Shown in pieces: positions 26,267 through 36,282 of a DNA stretch of 64,000 nucleotides. The stretch is from Candidatus Marinacidobacterales bacterium (lineage in GTDB: Bacteria > Acidobacteriota > Vicinamibacteria > Marinacidobacterales > SMYC01), in assembly GCA_965237955.1 (NCBI GenBank), contig OZ250169.1, positions 6,624,001-6,688,000 on the forward strand, read 5' to 3'. The notes beneath the pieces were generated by a model. It was not told where the DNA came from. It saw only the letters and a list, made by a program, of their open reading frames with translations, and made no database searches. Position 1 is the first letter of the stretch, and every line of letters begins with the position of its first letter. The translations under genes and the position numbers were made by a program.

Positions 26267-27826
26267 ATGGACATACTGACCGGGGCCGAGATGCGCGAGG
26301 CGGATCGGCGCACGATCCAGGAAGTCGGCGTCCCCGGACGGGTGCTTATGGAGAGCGCGGGACGCGGCGTTGCCGGCGCCATGGAGGCGCACATCGAAGA
26401 TCTCGGCTCGAAATCGATCGTCATCGTTTGTGGCAAGGGCAACAACGGCGGTGACGGGCTGGTGCTGCTGCGGACGTTGGTCGGTCTCGACTACGAAGCG
26501 CGCGCGGTCGTTCTCGCACCGTTCGAAGATCTCGCGCCAGATGCTCTCGATAACCTTCAGTCGGCCTTGAAGCTCGATCTTCCCGTCGACGCCGTCACCA
26601 CCGACGACGAGTGGACCCTCGCTCTCGAGGAGATGTTCAGCGCCGACGTCATCGTGGATGCCATCCTCGGAACCGGTCTGACACGCGCCGCGACCGGCCT
26701 CCCTCTCAGGGTCATCGAAGACATCAACGGGTTGGAAGCAAGCCGCGTGTCCATCGATGTGCCGTCCGGGTTATCGGCCGACTCCGGAGCTCTTCCCGGT
26801 GCGAGTGTGAACGCCGACCTCACTGTCGCCCTCGCGGCGCCGAAGGTGTGCCACTTCGTGCCGCCTGCGTGCGAGCGTTGCGGAAGGGTCGAGGTCGTCG
26901 AGATCGGCATCCCTCCTCAGCTTCTCGAGAGCGACGATCCCAAGCTCATGACGATCGAGCCGGAGTATCTGGTCGGCTCGTGGCCCAAGCGGGACTCCTC
27001 AGCTCACAAGGGTAATTTCGGCCATCTGCTGATCGTCGCCGGTTCGGTCGGGAAGACGGGGGCCGCGGTCATGGCGGCAGAGGCGGCACTTCGGGCGGGA
27101 GTCGGGCTGGTGACCGTGGCTTCGGCGGCCAGCGCGATCCCGCTGATGGCCCCGCGACTCCCCGAAGCCATGTGGGAGCCGCTTCCCGAAACGGCGAGTG
27201 GGGCCATCGCATTCGATGCGACCGATCGCCTGGACGAGCTTCTCTCCGGACAACCGGCACTGGCGGCACTGGCCATCGGCCCCGGACTCGGTCTCGACGA
27301 CGAAACCGTGCGTCTCGTTCAAAAGCTCGTCGGCGAGTGCCGCGTTCCTATGGTCGTCGACGCCGATGCGCTCAACGCGCTCCAAGATCACAAGGACGTC
27401 ATCCAGCCCGGGCAGCCCATCGCGTTGACGCCGCATCCCGGCGAAGCCGCGCGCCTTTTGGGCTGCTCCACTACCACGGTGCAACGAGACCGCCTGCAAG
27501 CGGTGCGCAGCCTCGCGTCCGGCGTGACGGCACACGTCCTGCTCAAGGGCTATCACTCGCTCATCTCGGACCCCGGGGGGCACACGAGCGTGAACCTCAC
27601 CGGCAATCCCGGTCTCGCCACCGCGGGATCCGGGGACGTGCTCACCGGCATCGTCGGCGGGCTGATCGCTCAGGGCGCGTCCGTGGAAAACGCCCTCGTC
27701 GTCGGCGCGTACGTGCATGGGCTTGCCGGAGACCTCGCTGCGGCCGAGCTCGGCGAGACGTCTCTCATCGCAACCGATGTCATCGAAAAGCTCGCCGAGG
27801 CCATCCACTCGCTGGGGGCGGACTGA
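26267..27826 (+). CDS. nnr: Bifunctional NAD(P)H-hydrate epimerase/dehydratase
   Basis: CGKGNNGGDG, DAILGTG, DVPSG, HKGNFG, DADAL, TPHPGE, AGSGDVL. Confidence 0.95.
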   Translation: MDILTGAEMREADRRTIQEVGVPGRVLMESAGRGVAGAMEAHIEDLGSKSIVIVCGKGNNGGDGLVLLRTLVGLDYEARAVVLAPFEDLAPDALDNLQSALKLDLPVDAVTTDDEWTLALEEMFSADVIVDAILGTGLTRAATGLPLRVIEDINGLEASRVSIDVPSGLSADSGALPGASVNADLTVALAAPKVCHFVPPACERCGRVEVVEIGIPPQLLESDDPKLMTIEPEYLVGSWPKRDSSAHKGNFGHLLIVAGSVGKTGAAVMAAEAALRAGVGLVTVASAASAIPLMAPRLPEAMWEPLPETASGAIAFDATDRLDELLSGQPALAALAIGPGLGLDDETVRLVQKLVGECRVPMVVDADALNALQDHKDVIQPGQPIALTPHPGEAARLLGCSTTTVQRDRLQAVRSLASGVTAHVLLKGYHSLISDPGGHTSVNLTGNPGLATAGSGDVLTGIVGGLIAQGASVENALVVGAYVHGLAGDLAAAELGETSLIATDVIEKLAEAIHSLGAD

Positions 27827-27828
27827 GA

Positions 27829-28254
27829 TTGAGATTGTCCCGCGAGAGTGCAAGCCCGGAGGAAACGCTCGCCATCGCCCGGAAGCTCGCGAAGAGTCAG
27901 CCTGACTGTCCCGCGTATTACCTCGAAGGCGACCTCGGCGCCGGGAAGACGCTCTTCGCCAAAGGCCTCGCGGCGTTCTACGGTATCGACGCCGCTCTCG
28001 TCGTGAGCCCCACGTTCGCGCTGGTGAACCGCTACGGCGGCGGCTCTCGCGTCGTCTACCACATCGACTTGTACCGCATCGAGCACGAACGTGAGCTCAT
28101 CGAGCTCGGCATCGAGGAAATGGAGGATGAGGGTGCGTTGCTAGTGGTAGAGTGGGCGGAGAAGCTGGGTCGGCGCCGGAGAGAGGACGCGACCACCGTT
28201 CGCTTCGAAATTAACGGCGAGACGCAAAGGCGACTCCATATTGACCCCGATTGA
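27829..28254 (+). CDS. tsaE: tRNA threonylcarbamoyladenosine biosynthesis ATPase
   Basis: GDLGAGKT, SPTFAL, HIDLYR, VEWAEK; follows nnr. Start codon approximate. Confidence 0.92.
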   Translation: MRLSRESASPEETLAIARKLAKSQPDCPAYYLEGDLGAGKTLFAKGLAAFYGIDAALVVSPTFALVNRYGGGSRVVYHIDLYRIEHERELIELGIEEMEDEGALLVVEWAEKLGRRRREDATTVRFEINGETQRRLHIDPD

Positions 28255-28266
28255 ACATGACTGGAC

Positions 28267-29172
28267 ATGACCGAACGTGAGCTCGGCGGCATCATTGCCG
28301 CCATACCCACTCCGTTCGACGGCAACGAAGATCTCGCGCTCGACGCGCTGACATCCGATATCCGTCGATGGAACGCCACCCGCCTCGATGGCTACACGGT
28401 TTTGGGAACGACCGGCGAGTTCGTATCGCTCACCACCGACGAGAAAAAGAGCGTCATCGAGTGCGCTCGTAATGCCATCGCCGAGGACAAGACGATGCTC
28501 GCGGGCACCGGGGAAGAGTCGACGCGGGAGGCGGCCGAGCTGTCACGATGGGCCGGTGAGATCGGATGCGACTACGCCATCGTGGTGACGCCGCACTACA
28601 CCCGGATGGCGTTTTCGGACGATTCCCTTCCGCAACATTTCAACCGTGTCGCGGACGCGAGCGGCATACCGATCGTGATTTACCACATTCCCGCGTGCAC
28701 CGGAATCGATCTCGCGCCGGAAACCGTAGCCGAGATTGCCGAGCATCCCAATATCGCCGGCATCAAAGACAGCTCGGGAAACGTCTACGCTCTGCAGCAG
28801 ATGCGTCACCTCTGCCCGGAGGAGTTTTCCGTGCTCACCGGAGCAGCGCAAGTCCTGCACGCTGCGTTGACGGTCGGGGCCGATGGCGCGATCCTCGCGG
28901 AAGCGTGCTCCGCCTACGACCTGTGCGCGGACCTCGCGGACGCGTTCGCGGCGGGAGAGATCGAGCGAAGCCGAGCGCTTCAGGAACGGCTCGCGAGCTT
29001 CAATCGCATCTTGATTGGCAAGCACGGCATCCCGGGGGTCAAGGCGCTTTTAGAGAGAACGGGCTTTTACGGCGGTCCGTGCCGCAGTCCGCTAACGTCT
29101 GTTCCAGCCGTGGCCGTGGCCGAGCTCGTCGCTGCGTTCGAAGCAGCAACCAGCGAGACACTCCCTTCGTGA
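28267..29172 (+). CDS. DapA/dihydrodipicolinate synthase-family aldolase
   Basis: GTTGE, IYHIP, GIKDSSG. Confidence 0.88.
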   Translation: MTERELGGIIAAIPTPFDGNEDLALDALTSDIRRWNATRLDGYTVLGTTGEFVSLTTDEKKSVIECARNAIAEDKTMLAGTGEESTREAAELSRWAGEIGCDYAIVVTPHYTRMAFSDDSLPQHFNRVADASGIPIVIYHIPACTGIDLAPETVAEIAEHPNIAGIKDSSGNVYALQQMRHLCPEEFSVLTGAAQVLHAALTVGADGAILAEACSAYDLCADLADAFAAGEIERSRALQERLASFNRILIGKHGIPGVKALLERTGFYGGPCRSPLTSVPAVAVAELVAAFEAATSETLPS

Positions 29173-30602
29173 CGAAACGCCTCGCACCGGCCGTTCTCGT
29201 CGCGGTCATCGCCTGTATGGGCGCATGCAACGGCGATGCGCACGACGCGTCGTCCGCTCGCATCGACACCGGCAACGCGGGCGTCAACGTTTTGCTCGTC
29301 ACCGTCGATACCCTGCGAGCGGATCATCTGAGCGCGTACGGCTATCCCCGGGTAACGAGCCCGAACATCGACGAGCTCGCTACTCGCGGCGTCGTCTTCG
29401 ACGTTGCGTTCACGTACTGGCCCAAGACACGCGGGAGCTTTGCCGCGCTCTTCACCGGACTCTATGCGTCGCAGCACGGTCTGACCGTCCGTGAACGGGA
29501 TTTACCCGACTTCAACCAGACGCTCGCGGAGACACTTCGTGACAGCGGTTACCGCACCGCGGCCGCGCTCGACAACGGCAATCTCGACGCGGCTCTCGGT
29601 TTCGCACAGGGATTCGACATCTACGAACAGACCTGGCACGTGAAGGACTCCGACGAGCTATCGCGAACCGAGACGATTACACGTTGCGGCGAAAGCTTTC
29701 TTGCTTCCTCCGACGACGAGCGCCCGTTTTTCCTCTGGCTTCACTACGTCAACCCGCACACTCCCTACGAGCCAACGGACGAAGCACTGGCCCATTTTCG
29801 TGACGATGGGGTCATTCCGCGTGGACCCGAGCTCGCGCGTGTCACCGGCTACTACGGCGGCGTCAATAAAAAGCACGTGGCCGTAGACGGCGAGAACTAT
29901 TGGGGCGACTACGTCGACCGCTACGACGCCGAGATCCTCGTTTCCGACGAGCATGTGGGCCGGGTCTTGAAGGCTCTGGACGAGAGCGAGCACGCCGCTA
30001 CCACGCTCGTCGTGTTCACCTCAGACCACGGCGAAAGCCTCGGTGAGCACGATTACTACTTCGATCATGGTTTCGATCTGTTCAACCCCTCACTCCGAAT
30101 CCCGCTGATCCTGTCGTTCCCGGGAGTGCTGCCCGCCGGCGAGCGCGTCTCGGGCGCGGTCTCGAGCCTGGACGTGTTCCCCACGATCCTTGATTTGGCA
30201 CAGGTCTCCTACCCTTCGGGCCTCGAAGGAAACTCCGTCTTGCCGCTCGTGCGGGAAACGACGACCCGGCTCCACGAGCAGATGTTCTTCCAAAACGATC
30301 GTCACCAGATGGCCATAAGCAACGGCCGACTGAAGCTCGTGCATTATCCCGAGGACCGCTTCGAGCTCTATGACATGTACCGCGATCCGACGGAAGACGA
30401 CGACCGCTACCCGGGCTCGGAGTCCCGTATCACGCCGTTCAAGGCCGAGCTTACGAGCTTCCGTACGCAGACCGTCGCGTGGCAACAAGCCACCACCGCG
30501 CGCCGCGAAGAACAAGGCGTCGCGGCTGTCGACGACTCGGAGCTGTCCGAGGAGACCAGGCGAATGCTCGAGGCGCTGGGCTACCTCGACGACGAGAAGT
30601 AG
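29169..30602 (+). CDS. Sulfatase-like lipoprotein (non-canonical active-site motif)
   Basis: MGAC lipobox; VDTLRADHL, WPKTRGSFAALFTG, HYVNPH, SDHGE, C-terminal LEALGYL. Confidence 0.85.
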   Translation: MTKRLAPAVLVAVIACMGACNGDAHDASSARIDTGNAGVNVLLVTVDTLRADHLSAYGYPRVTSPNIDELATRGVVFDVAFTYWPKTRGSFAALFTGLYASQHGLTVRERDLPDFNQTLAETLRDSGYRTAAALDNGNLDAALGFAQGFDIYEQTWHVKDSDELSRTETITRCGESFLASSDDERPFFLWLHYVNPHTPYEPTDEALAHFRDDGVIPRGPELARVTGYYGGVNKKHVAVDGENYWGDYVDRYDAEILVSDEHVGRVLKALDESEHAATTLVVFTSDHGESLGEHDYYFDHGFDLFNPSLRIPLILSFPGVLPAGERVSGAVSSLDVFPTILDLAQVSYPSGLEGNSVLPLVRETTTRLHEQMFFQNDRHQMAISNGRLKLVHYPEDRFELYDMYRDPTEDDDRYPGSESRITPFKAELTSFRTQTVAWQQATTARREEQGVAAVDDSELSEETRRMLEALGYLDDEK

Positions 30603-30620
30603 TCAGTCGCCCGCTCAGCC

Positions 30621-31292
30621 CTACGCCTGTTCTTTGATGTCGGTGATGATCCAGCGCGCGATGGGGCTCATGTTGCGCGCTTTGTCCACGAGCTCGTAGC
30701 GTTCGAGCTTGAACGTGTAGCTCTTCTCAGCTGAGCCGTCGTGCACTTTGAGCTGCAACAGCTTGCCTTTCACATCACCGGCGAATTTCTCGTTTACAGC
30801 CGTATTCAACGAAAGTCCCGCCGCGGAGCGTAGCGCCTTGGCTTCCTCGTTGAGCGTTTCTACCTCCTTCTCGACCACCCCCATTTGCTGCATGCGCTCT
30901 TCCCACGCCACCTGAAACTCACCCAACTCGCCGCTGAATGTCTGCTCTGGATTCTCCGCGTGCCTTTTCTGGTACTCGTCAAAAAGGCTCTTGTTGTCAC
31001 CCGCGAAGTTCGAGTTCTTCTCGGTCTCGATACGGAGCTCGCTCCGCTTCTTCGCGAGCTTTTCGTGAAGCTCCGGCAGAGTGAACGGCGCCCGCGATTC
31101 CGCTCCGATCTCGACGAGCTCCCAGGACTCGACGTCGCCCGGAAACTTTGCCAGCGAGACACTTTGAATGACGTTGTCGTCCCCACCCTGAATTGCGGTG
31201 AAGAACACATTTAACACTTGCTCTTCCTGCCCGCCGCAGCCTGAAACGAGCAGGAACGCAACTCCGACGAATAGATGCTTGAGACTTCGCAC
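30621..31292 (-). CDS. Hypothetical lipoprotein with coiled coil
   Basis: VSGC lipobox, SD GGAGG, coding-like composition. Confidence 0.75.
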   Translation of the reverse strand: MRSLKHLFVGVAFLLVSGCGGQEEQVLNVFFTAIQGGDDNVIQSVSLAKFPGDVESWELVEIGAESRAPFTLPELHEKLAKKRSELRIETEKNSNFAGDNKSLFDEYQKRHAENPEQTFSGELGEFQVAWEERMQQMGVVEKEVETLNEEAKALRSAAGLSLNTAVNEKFAGDVKGKLLQLKVHDGSAEKSYTFKLERYELVDKARNMSPIARWIITDIKEQA

Positions 31293-31474
31293 ATTTCCCT
31301 CCTTCTATCCAGCCGCCGGGCGTCGGGCCTTTACAGAAGGAAGCTGAAGCCAATCAGGACGTGCTACGAGCGAGGAGTATCATGAGACCAACGACGAGGC
31401 GACCTCGGCTGGAGACATCCTAGATCTCTCCGCCATCGAAGGCAACACTGTTCTTGATTGCCGCCGGCGTGAGA

Positions 31475-31800
31475 ATCAGTAGAGCACTTCGTCTTCGCCA
31501 CGCTCGTCTATCAGGCCCGGAAGTGCTCGACGATGAGACCGCGGCGTGCCCACACACCGTCGAGCTCGTTGTCATCGAGAATATCGGACAACTCGGCTTC
31601 GAGCTCAACGCGGCTCAGCTCGGACATCGCTCGCTCGAAACAGGTTTCGATCGCAGCGCACGAGCCATTCCGGCCTTCGAATTTTCTTCCACCGACGGAA
31701 CGCGAGAGAGAAATCGATCATCCATATCTTCCAATCATTCGTGATCAGCAGGTGACTCTGATTCAGATCGGTATCAGAATACGCGAAGAGTTTCGATGGC
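31475..31800 (-). pseudogene. Degraded 3' part of a kinase-fold conserved hypothetical gene
   Basis: DTDLNQSHLLITNDWKIWMIDFSLAF...RCDR, then frameshifted ELDGVWARRGLIVEHF...ERGEDEVLY*. Confidence 0.55.
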
Positions 31801-31822
31801 CGCCCCGATTCCGATGCGCGCT

Positions 31823-31854
31823 CTTGCGTCTCCGCGCCCTTGCGTCTTTGCGCT
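31823..31854. repeat. Octamer-periodic short repeat (YTTGCGTC type)
   Basis: cttgcgtc tccgcgcc cttgcgtc tttgcgct; a related run lies at 41676-41721. Confidence 0.55.
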
Positions 31855-31876
31855 GAAAAAATCGCCAAAAGCCGCT

Positions 31877-33100
31877 CTAGCGGCCACCTTTGGCTGCGGA
31901 CAGGATTCTTTGGGCCGCGGCCCAGACCTCTGCGGGCTCGATCGTTTTCAGGCACTGGTTGTCGCCGTCGCACGGCGAAAGCCGGTGGTTGTACGCCGTC
32001 AGGCACGGCGAGCACGAAAGCCCCTGGAAAAAGTGAACGGCTTTGGGATCGAGACTGCCGTAGAGCGCCGGAGTTTCGGGCCCGAACAGGATGATGCTCG
32101 GCATCGGCGTCATCGACGCAAAGTGGCCGGGGCCACCGTCGTTCGTCACCAGAAGCTCCGCAAGATGGAACACGAGCATGAGCTCGCGCACCGTTTTGGT
32201 GAACCCGGTGAGATCGATGCAATTCTCGCGCTCGTCTTCGGGAATGTCTTCTTGGATCGCGCGCGCGAGCGGCCTGTCCTGAGCCAGTCCGATGATCCCG
32301 ACGACGAAGCCTTCGCCGATCAGCCGTGAAGTCAGCGTCTTGAACGACGCAAGGGGCCACGCACGGATCGGTAACAGACCGCCCCCCGGGTGCACCAGCA
32401 CCAGGCATTTTCCTTTCGTGCTCGGAAAGCTCATTTCCAGGTGAGCCCTGGTGGCGCCGAGCTCGCCGTCGCGAACCGACACCATGGACAGCGTGAGCTC
32501 GCGGTCGAAGGTACGCCGCTTCACCGTCGGCGAACCCTTCCCATCGATCGCCTCTGCAAGCGTCAAAAACTGCTGCGCGATGTGCTGGTAGGGATTGTAG
32601 GGCACCGGCCGGTTGATGAAGCTCCCCCGGTACAAACCCTCTTGGGTGTGGCGCTCGAAACCGACGCGCACCTCGGCCCCGCTCAGAAACGACAAGATCG
32701 CACCCGCTCTCGCGAAAAGCTCGCAATCGATGACGGTATCGACACCGATGAACCGAAGCGTCTTCAGCGCGGACAGGCCGTCCTGCACGAACGTCTTCAA
32801 CGAAGAGTTACGAATCGTGAGGATATTCCCTTCGGGGACTTCGTCGAGAACCTCGAGGACCTCCTTGTTTTGCTGGAACACGAGTGCATAGATAGACGCC
32901 TCCGGATACCGGGCGCGCACGCTCCGGAACATAGGTTGCGCAAGCACGAGGCTTCCCATCTCCGACAACAGGATAACGAGGATCTTTTTCGGCGGCGGAG
33001 CGTCCGCGGCCCGGCGACGGGCCCGCGGGAGCAGGGACAAGAAACGACAGAGCGGCGCCCCGACGAAACGATCCAGCTTGCGTTGGAAGTCGACGTTCAC
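31877..33100 (-). CDS. Glycosyltransferase family 9 (heptosyltransferase-like)
   Basis: LSEMGS, HPGG..RAWP, TNDGGPGH, LFGPE, CSPC. Confidence 0.9.
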   Translation of the reverse strand: MNVDFQRKLDRFVGAPLCRFLSLLPRARRRAADAPPPKKILVILLSEMGSLVLAQPMFRSVRARYPEASIYALVFQQNKEVLEVLDEVPEGNILTIRNSSLKTFVQDGLSALKTLRFIGVDTVIDCELFARAGAILSFLSGAEVRVGFERHTQEGLYRGSFINRPVPYNPYQHIAQQFLTLAEAIDGKGSPTVKRRTFDRELTLSMVSVRDGELGATRAHLEMSFPSTKGKCLVLVHPGGGLLPIRAWPLASFKTLTSRLIGEGFVVGIIGLAQDRPLARAIQEDIPEDERENCIDLTGFTKTVRELMLVFHLAELLVTNDGGPGHFASMTPMPSIILFGPETPALYGSLDPKAVHFFQGLSCSPCLTAYNHRLSPCDGDNQCLKTIEPAEVWAAAQRILSAAKGGR

Positions 33101-33226
33101 GGCTGTCGCTCACGCTCTTGTCGAAACCGCCTCATCACCAACTCCTGGCGGCGCTCACTCCACGATCGACAACACCGGTTGGCGCACGAGCGCCCGAAAC
33201 GCAATTTTGAAATCAGCTAGCACGAC
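33097..33226 (-). pseudogene. Deletion scar: 5' stub of an ADOP/MacB-type permease joined to the 3' end of another gene
   Basis: VLADFKIAFRALVRQPVLSIV ends abruptly, followed by SERRQELVMRRFRQERERQP* coupled (GTGA) to the GT9 start. Confidence 0.45.
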
Positions 33227-33310
33227 GGCGAGGATATCACCTGCGAGCATTCCCAGCGAGGCTCGAGAACGCAGCAGATTTCCTTGGCCAGCCCGATTAG
33301 AATCCACATC

Positions 33311-35257
33311 ATGATCGTTCGACACTCGATACTCGTAGCGGCCCTTTTTCTCGTGACCGCAGACGTGCGTGGCCAGCACGGCGCCGCCAACGGTGAGTGG
33401 CCGTATTACGGAGGCGACCTCGGAAGCACCCGCTACGCGCCGCTCGACCAGATCAACGGGGACAACATTTCCGAGCTCGAGATCGTGTGGCGATGGTCGG
33501 GCTTGAACCTCGGCCCCCGTCCCGACTACAACTTCCGCGCGACCCCGATCATGATGAACGGCGTCTTGTACACGACCGCGGGCTCGAGACGCTCGGCGGT
33601 GGCGATCGATCCAGCGACGGGAGAAACGCTGTGGTGGTATCGGTTCGACGAAGGCGAGCGCGGCGCTTCGGCCCCGCGCAAGACGTCCGGTCGAGGCGTC
33701 TCGTACTGGAGCGACGGTGACGACGAGCGCATCTTCTTCATCACGCCCTCGTATTTCATGATCGCCCTCAACGCCAAAACGGGGCGGCCTTACCCGGATT
33801 TCGGGCGAGACGGTATCGTCGACCTGAAAGAAGATCTCGATCAACCCATCGATCTCGTCAAAGACGCGATCGGCTCGAGCACACCGGGCATCGTCATTGG
33901 CGACGTCATCGTCATAGGGGCGGCGCTCCCGGCAGGCGACGCCCCGCCGACCAAGGAGATGCCCAAGGGATACATTCGCGGCTACGACGTGCGTACCGGC
34001 AAGCGAGAGTGGATCTTCCACACGATTCCCCAACCCGGCGAGCTCGGACACGACACGTGGGAAGGCGACTCGTGGAAATTCACCGGTAACGACAGCGTGT
34101 GGACTTCGATGTCGGCCGACCCCGAGCTCGGCTACGTCTACCTACCGACGGAGCTTCCGACCGGCGACTACTACGGCGGACATCGCCTCGGCGACAACCT
34201 GTTCTCGAACAGCATCGTGTGTCTCGACGCGAAGACGGGCGAGCGCGTGTGGCATTTTCAGACGGTGCACCACGGTATCTGGGACTACGATCTTCCGGCC
34301 GCCCCGGTACTCGCGGATATCACCGTGGACGGCAAAGACATCAAATCCATCGCCCAGGTTACGAAGCAAGGCTTTACTTTCGTCCTCGACCGCGAGACGG
34401 GCGAGCCGGTTTGGCCGATCGAAGAGCGGCCGGTTCTCCAGACGACCATTCCCGAAGAGAGAACCGCGCCCACGCAGCCGTTTCCAACGAAACCGGCGCC
34501 GTTCGATCGCCAAGGCGTCTCCGAAGACGATCTTCTCGACTTCACGCCCGAGCTCAAAGCCGAAGCGCTCGAGATCGCGAGCTCGTACACGCTCGGCCCT
34601 CTGTTCACTCCCCCGACCCTCGTGACCGAGACGCACAAAGGAACCCTATCGCTTCCCGGCTCGCAGGGCGGCGCCAACTGGCAGGGAGCCGCGCTCGATC
34701 CGGAAACCGGCATCCTCTACGTGTCGTCGTCGACGTACCCGACACCGCTCGGTCTCGTCCATGCACCGAAGCGCTCGAACATGGACTACATTCGAGAACG
34801 GCGACTCTTCCTGCCAGAAGGTGGTGGGCCCCAGGGCCTTCCTCTCATCAAGCCCCCGTGGGGACGCATCACCGCCATCGACCTGAACACCGGCGAGCAC
34901 GTGTGGATGGTGGCGAATGGCGAGGCGCCCGATTACGTTCGCGATCACCCGGCGCTCGAAGGGGTCGAGATCGGGCGGTGGGGGCGCCCCGAGCGAGTGG
35001 GGATGCTGGTGACGAAGACGCTTTTCTTCGCCGGTGAAGGGGCCGGCCTGTTTGGAATGTTCGGTGGCGGTGGGCCGATGTTGCGCGCTCACGACAAGCT
35101 CACCGGAAAAATCTTCTCGGAGCTCGAGCTTCCCGCGCATCAAACGGGCGTGCCCATGACCTACATGCACGAGGGCTTCCAGTACATCGTCGTCGCGGTG
35201 GGAAACCGAGACCACCCGGCAGAGCTCGTCGCGTTTCGGCTGCCTCAAGCGCCGTGA
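33311..35257 (+). CDS. PQQ-dependent (quinoprotein glucose dehydrogenase-like) dehydrogenase
   Basis: Signal peptide; EWPYYGGD, RYAPLDQIN, RGVSYW, WHFQTVHHGIWDYD, GGANW, KPPWG, PMTY. Confidence 0.92.
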   Translation: MIVRHSILVAALFLVTADVRGQHGAANGEWPYYGGDLGSTRYAPLDQINGDNISELEIVWRWSGLNLGPRPDYNFRATPIMMNGVLYTTAGSRRSAVAIDPATGETLWWYRFDEGERGASAPRKTSGRGVSYWSDGDDERIFFITPSYFMIALNAKTGRPYPDFGRDGIVDLKEDLDQPIDLVKDAIGSSTPGIVIGDVIVIGAALPAGDAPPTKEMPKGYIRGYDVRTGKREWIFHTIPQPGELGHDTWEGDSWKFTGNDSVWTSMSADPELGYVYLPTELPTGDYYGGHRLGDNLFSNSIVCLDAKTGERVWHFQTVHHGIWDYDLPAAPVLADITVDGKDIKSIAQVTKQGFTFVLDRETGEPVWPIEERPVLQTTIPEERTAPTQPFPTKPAPFDRQGVSEDDLLDFTPELKAEALEIASSYTLGPLFTPPTLVTETHKGTLSLPGSQGGANWQGAALDPETGILYVSSSTYPTPLGLVHAPKRSNMDYIRERRLFLPEGGGPQGLPLIKPPWGRITAIDLNTGEHVWMVANGEAPDYVRDHPALEGVEIGRWGRPERVGMLVTKTLFFAGEGAGLFGMFGGGGPMLRAHDKLTGKIFSELELPAHQTGVPMTYMHEGFQYIVVAVGNRDHPAELVAFRLPQAP

Positions 35258-35925
35258 TAGCGGCGGAGGAGGTCGCGGTACTCGGACGCGTGGAATAGCC
35301 GGTAACCGTTCTGTTCGAACCGCACGACGTCCTCGTCGTCGGGAAAGCTGAAGTAGGATTGCACCGGGTCGGCCGGTCGCCGCCATTCATCAACGATCGG
35401 GCCGGTGTCGATCGTGGGGTCGTCGATGTAGTGAAGCGTACATCCAATCTCTCGCGCACCCGCAGCGAGCGCGTGAAAGCTCGCCATGACACCGCGGTAA
35501 TCGGGAAGGATTCCCGAGTGGAGGTTCAAGACGCCCAACCTGGGGACGGTCAGAAAATCGGCCTTGAAGATACGACCGTAGCGGATCGAGACGACGAGGT
35601 CGAGCTCGAGCGCCCGCACCCGATTGAGAGCGACCGGCTCGTTGGGAGCGTTCATCGTCTCGCACGGAATACGGTACTGCCGCTCGATGAGCTGTGGTGT
35701 CAGGAGCTCGCCCCCTGACCCTTCTGACCCGATGAAAGGGAAGACGTGCTCGTTGGGAATGTCTTGTTCGATAAGACGGAGCACATCGAGGGCTTCGCCC
35801 GCCGGCGCGCGCCCGACTTTGTCGGAGTAAAAGACCGAGGTTTGATGCTCGGCGAGCCCAGCGACGAGATGGTTCAAGACGACGCTGCAATAGACGTCTC
35901 GATTGAGGAAGAAGGCGATGTTCAC
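35245..35925 (-). CDS. Formyltransferase-family protein (possibly with an in-frame internal deletion near the C-terminus)
   Basis: SIRYGRI, LNLHSGILPDYRG, TLHYI, IDTG; short span between IDTG and YFSFP. Confidence 0.8.
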   Translation of the reverse strand: MNIAFFLNRDVYCSVVLNHLVAGLAEHQTSVFYSDKVGRAPAGEALDVLRLIEQDIPNEHVFPFIGSEGSGGELLTPQLIERQYRIPCETMNAPNEPVALNRVRALELDLVVSIRYGRIFKADFLTVPRLGVLNLHSGILPDYRGVMASFHALAAGAREIGCTLHYIDDPTIDTGPIVDEWRRPADPVQSYFSFPDDEDVVRFEQNGYRLFHASEYRDLLRRYHGA

Positions 35926-36282
35926 GCGATATTCACGGACCTTCACAGAGTAGTCGCTTCATTGAATGTAACCCAGTGCTTTCAGGTTCCGTGTCGTTTC
36001 CTCGTCCAGATCGACACGATTTCGTCCCGCGGTGAACGGCAAGTACCAAGTTCGTAGCGCGCTGTCGTCGTCGGCGTTCATGAGCTTATCGGCCTCGGCG
36101 ATGGAGACTTCGAACTCTTTCGGCTCGAGCTCGAGGCTCGTCACGGGAACATCGTCCGCGCGCACGTCGAGTGTTACCGGCGCGCGCCCTCAGGCCGTGT
36201 CTGCACAACGAGATGACGCGCCTTGTCGTCAGCGGTGAAGGCGGACGTGAGGAGGCCCCCCCCGGGAGCGAGCGTGAAATCG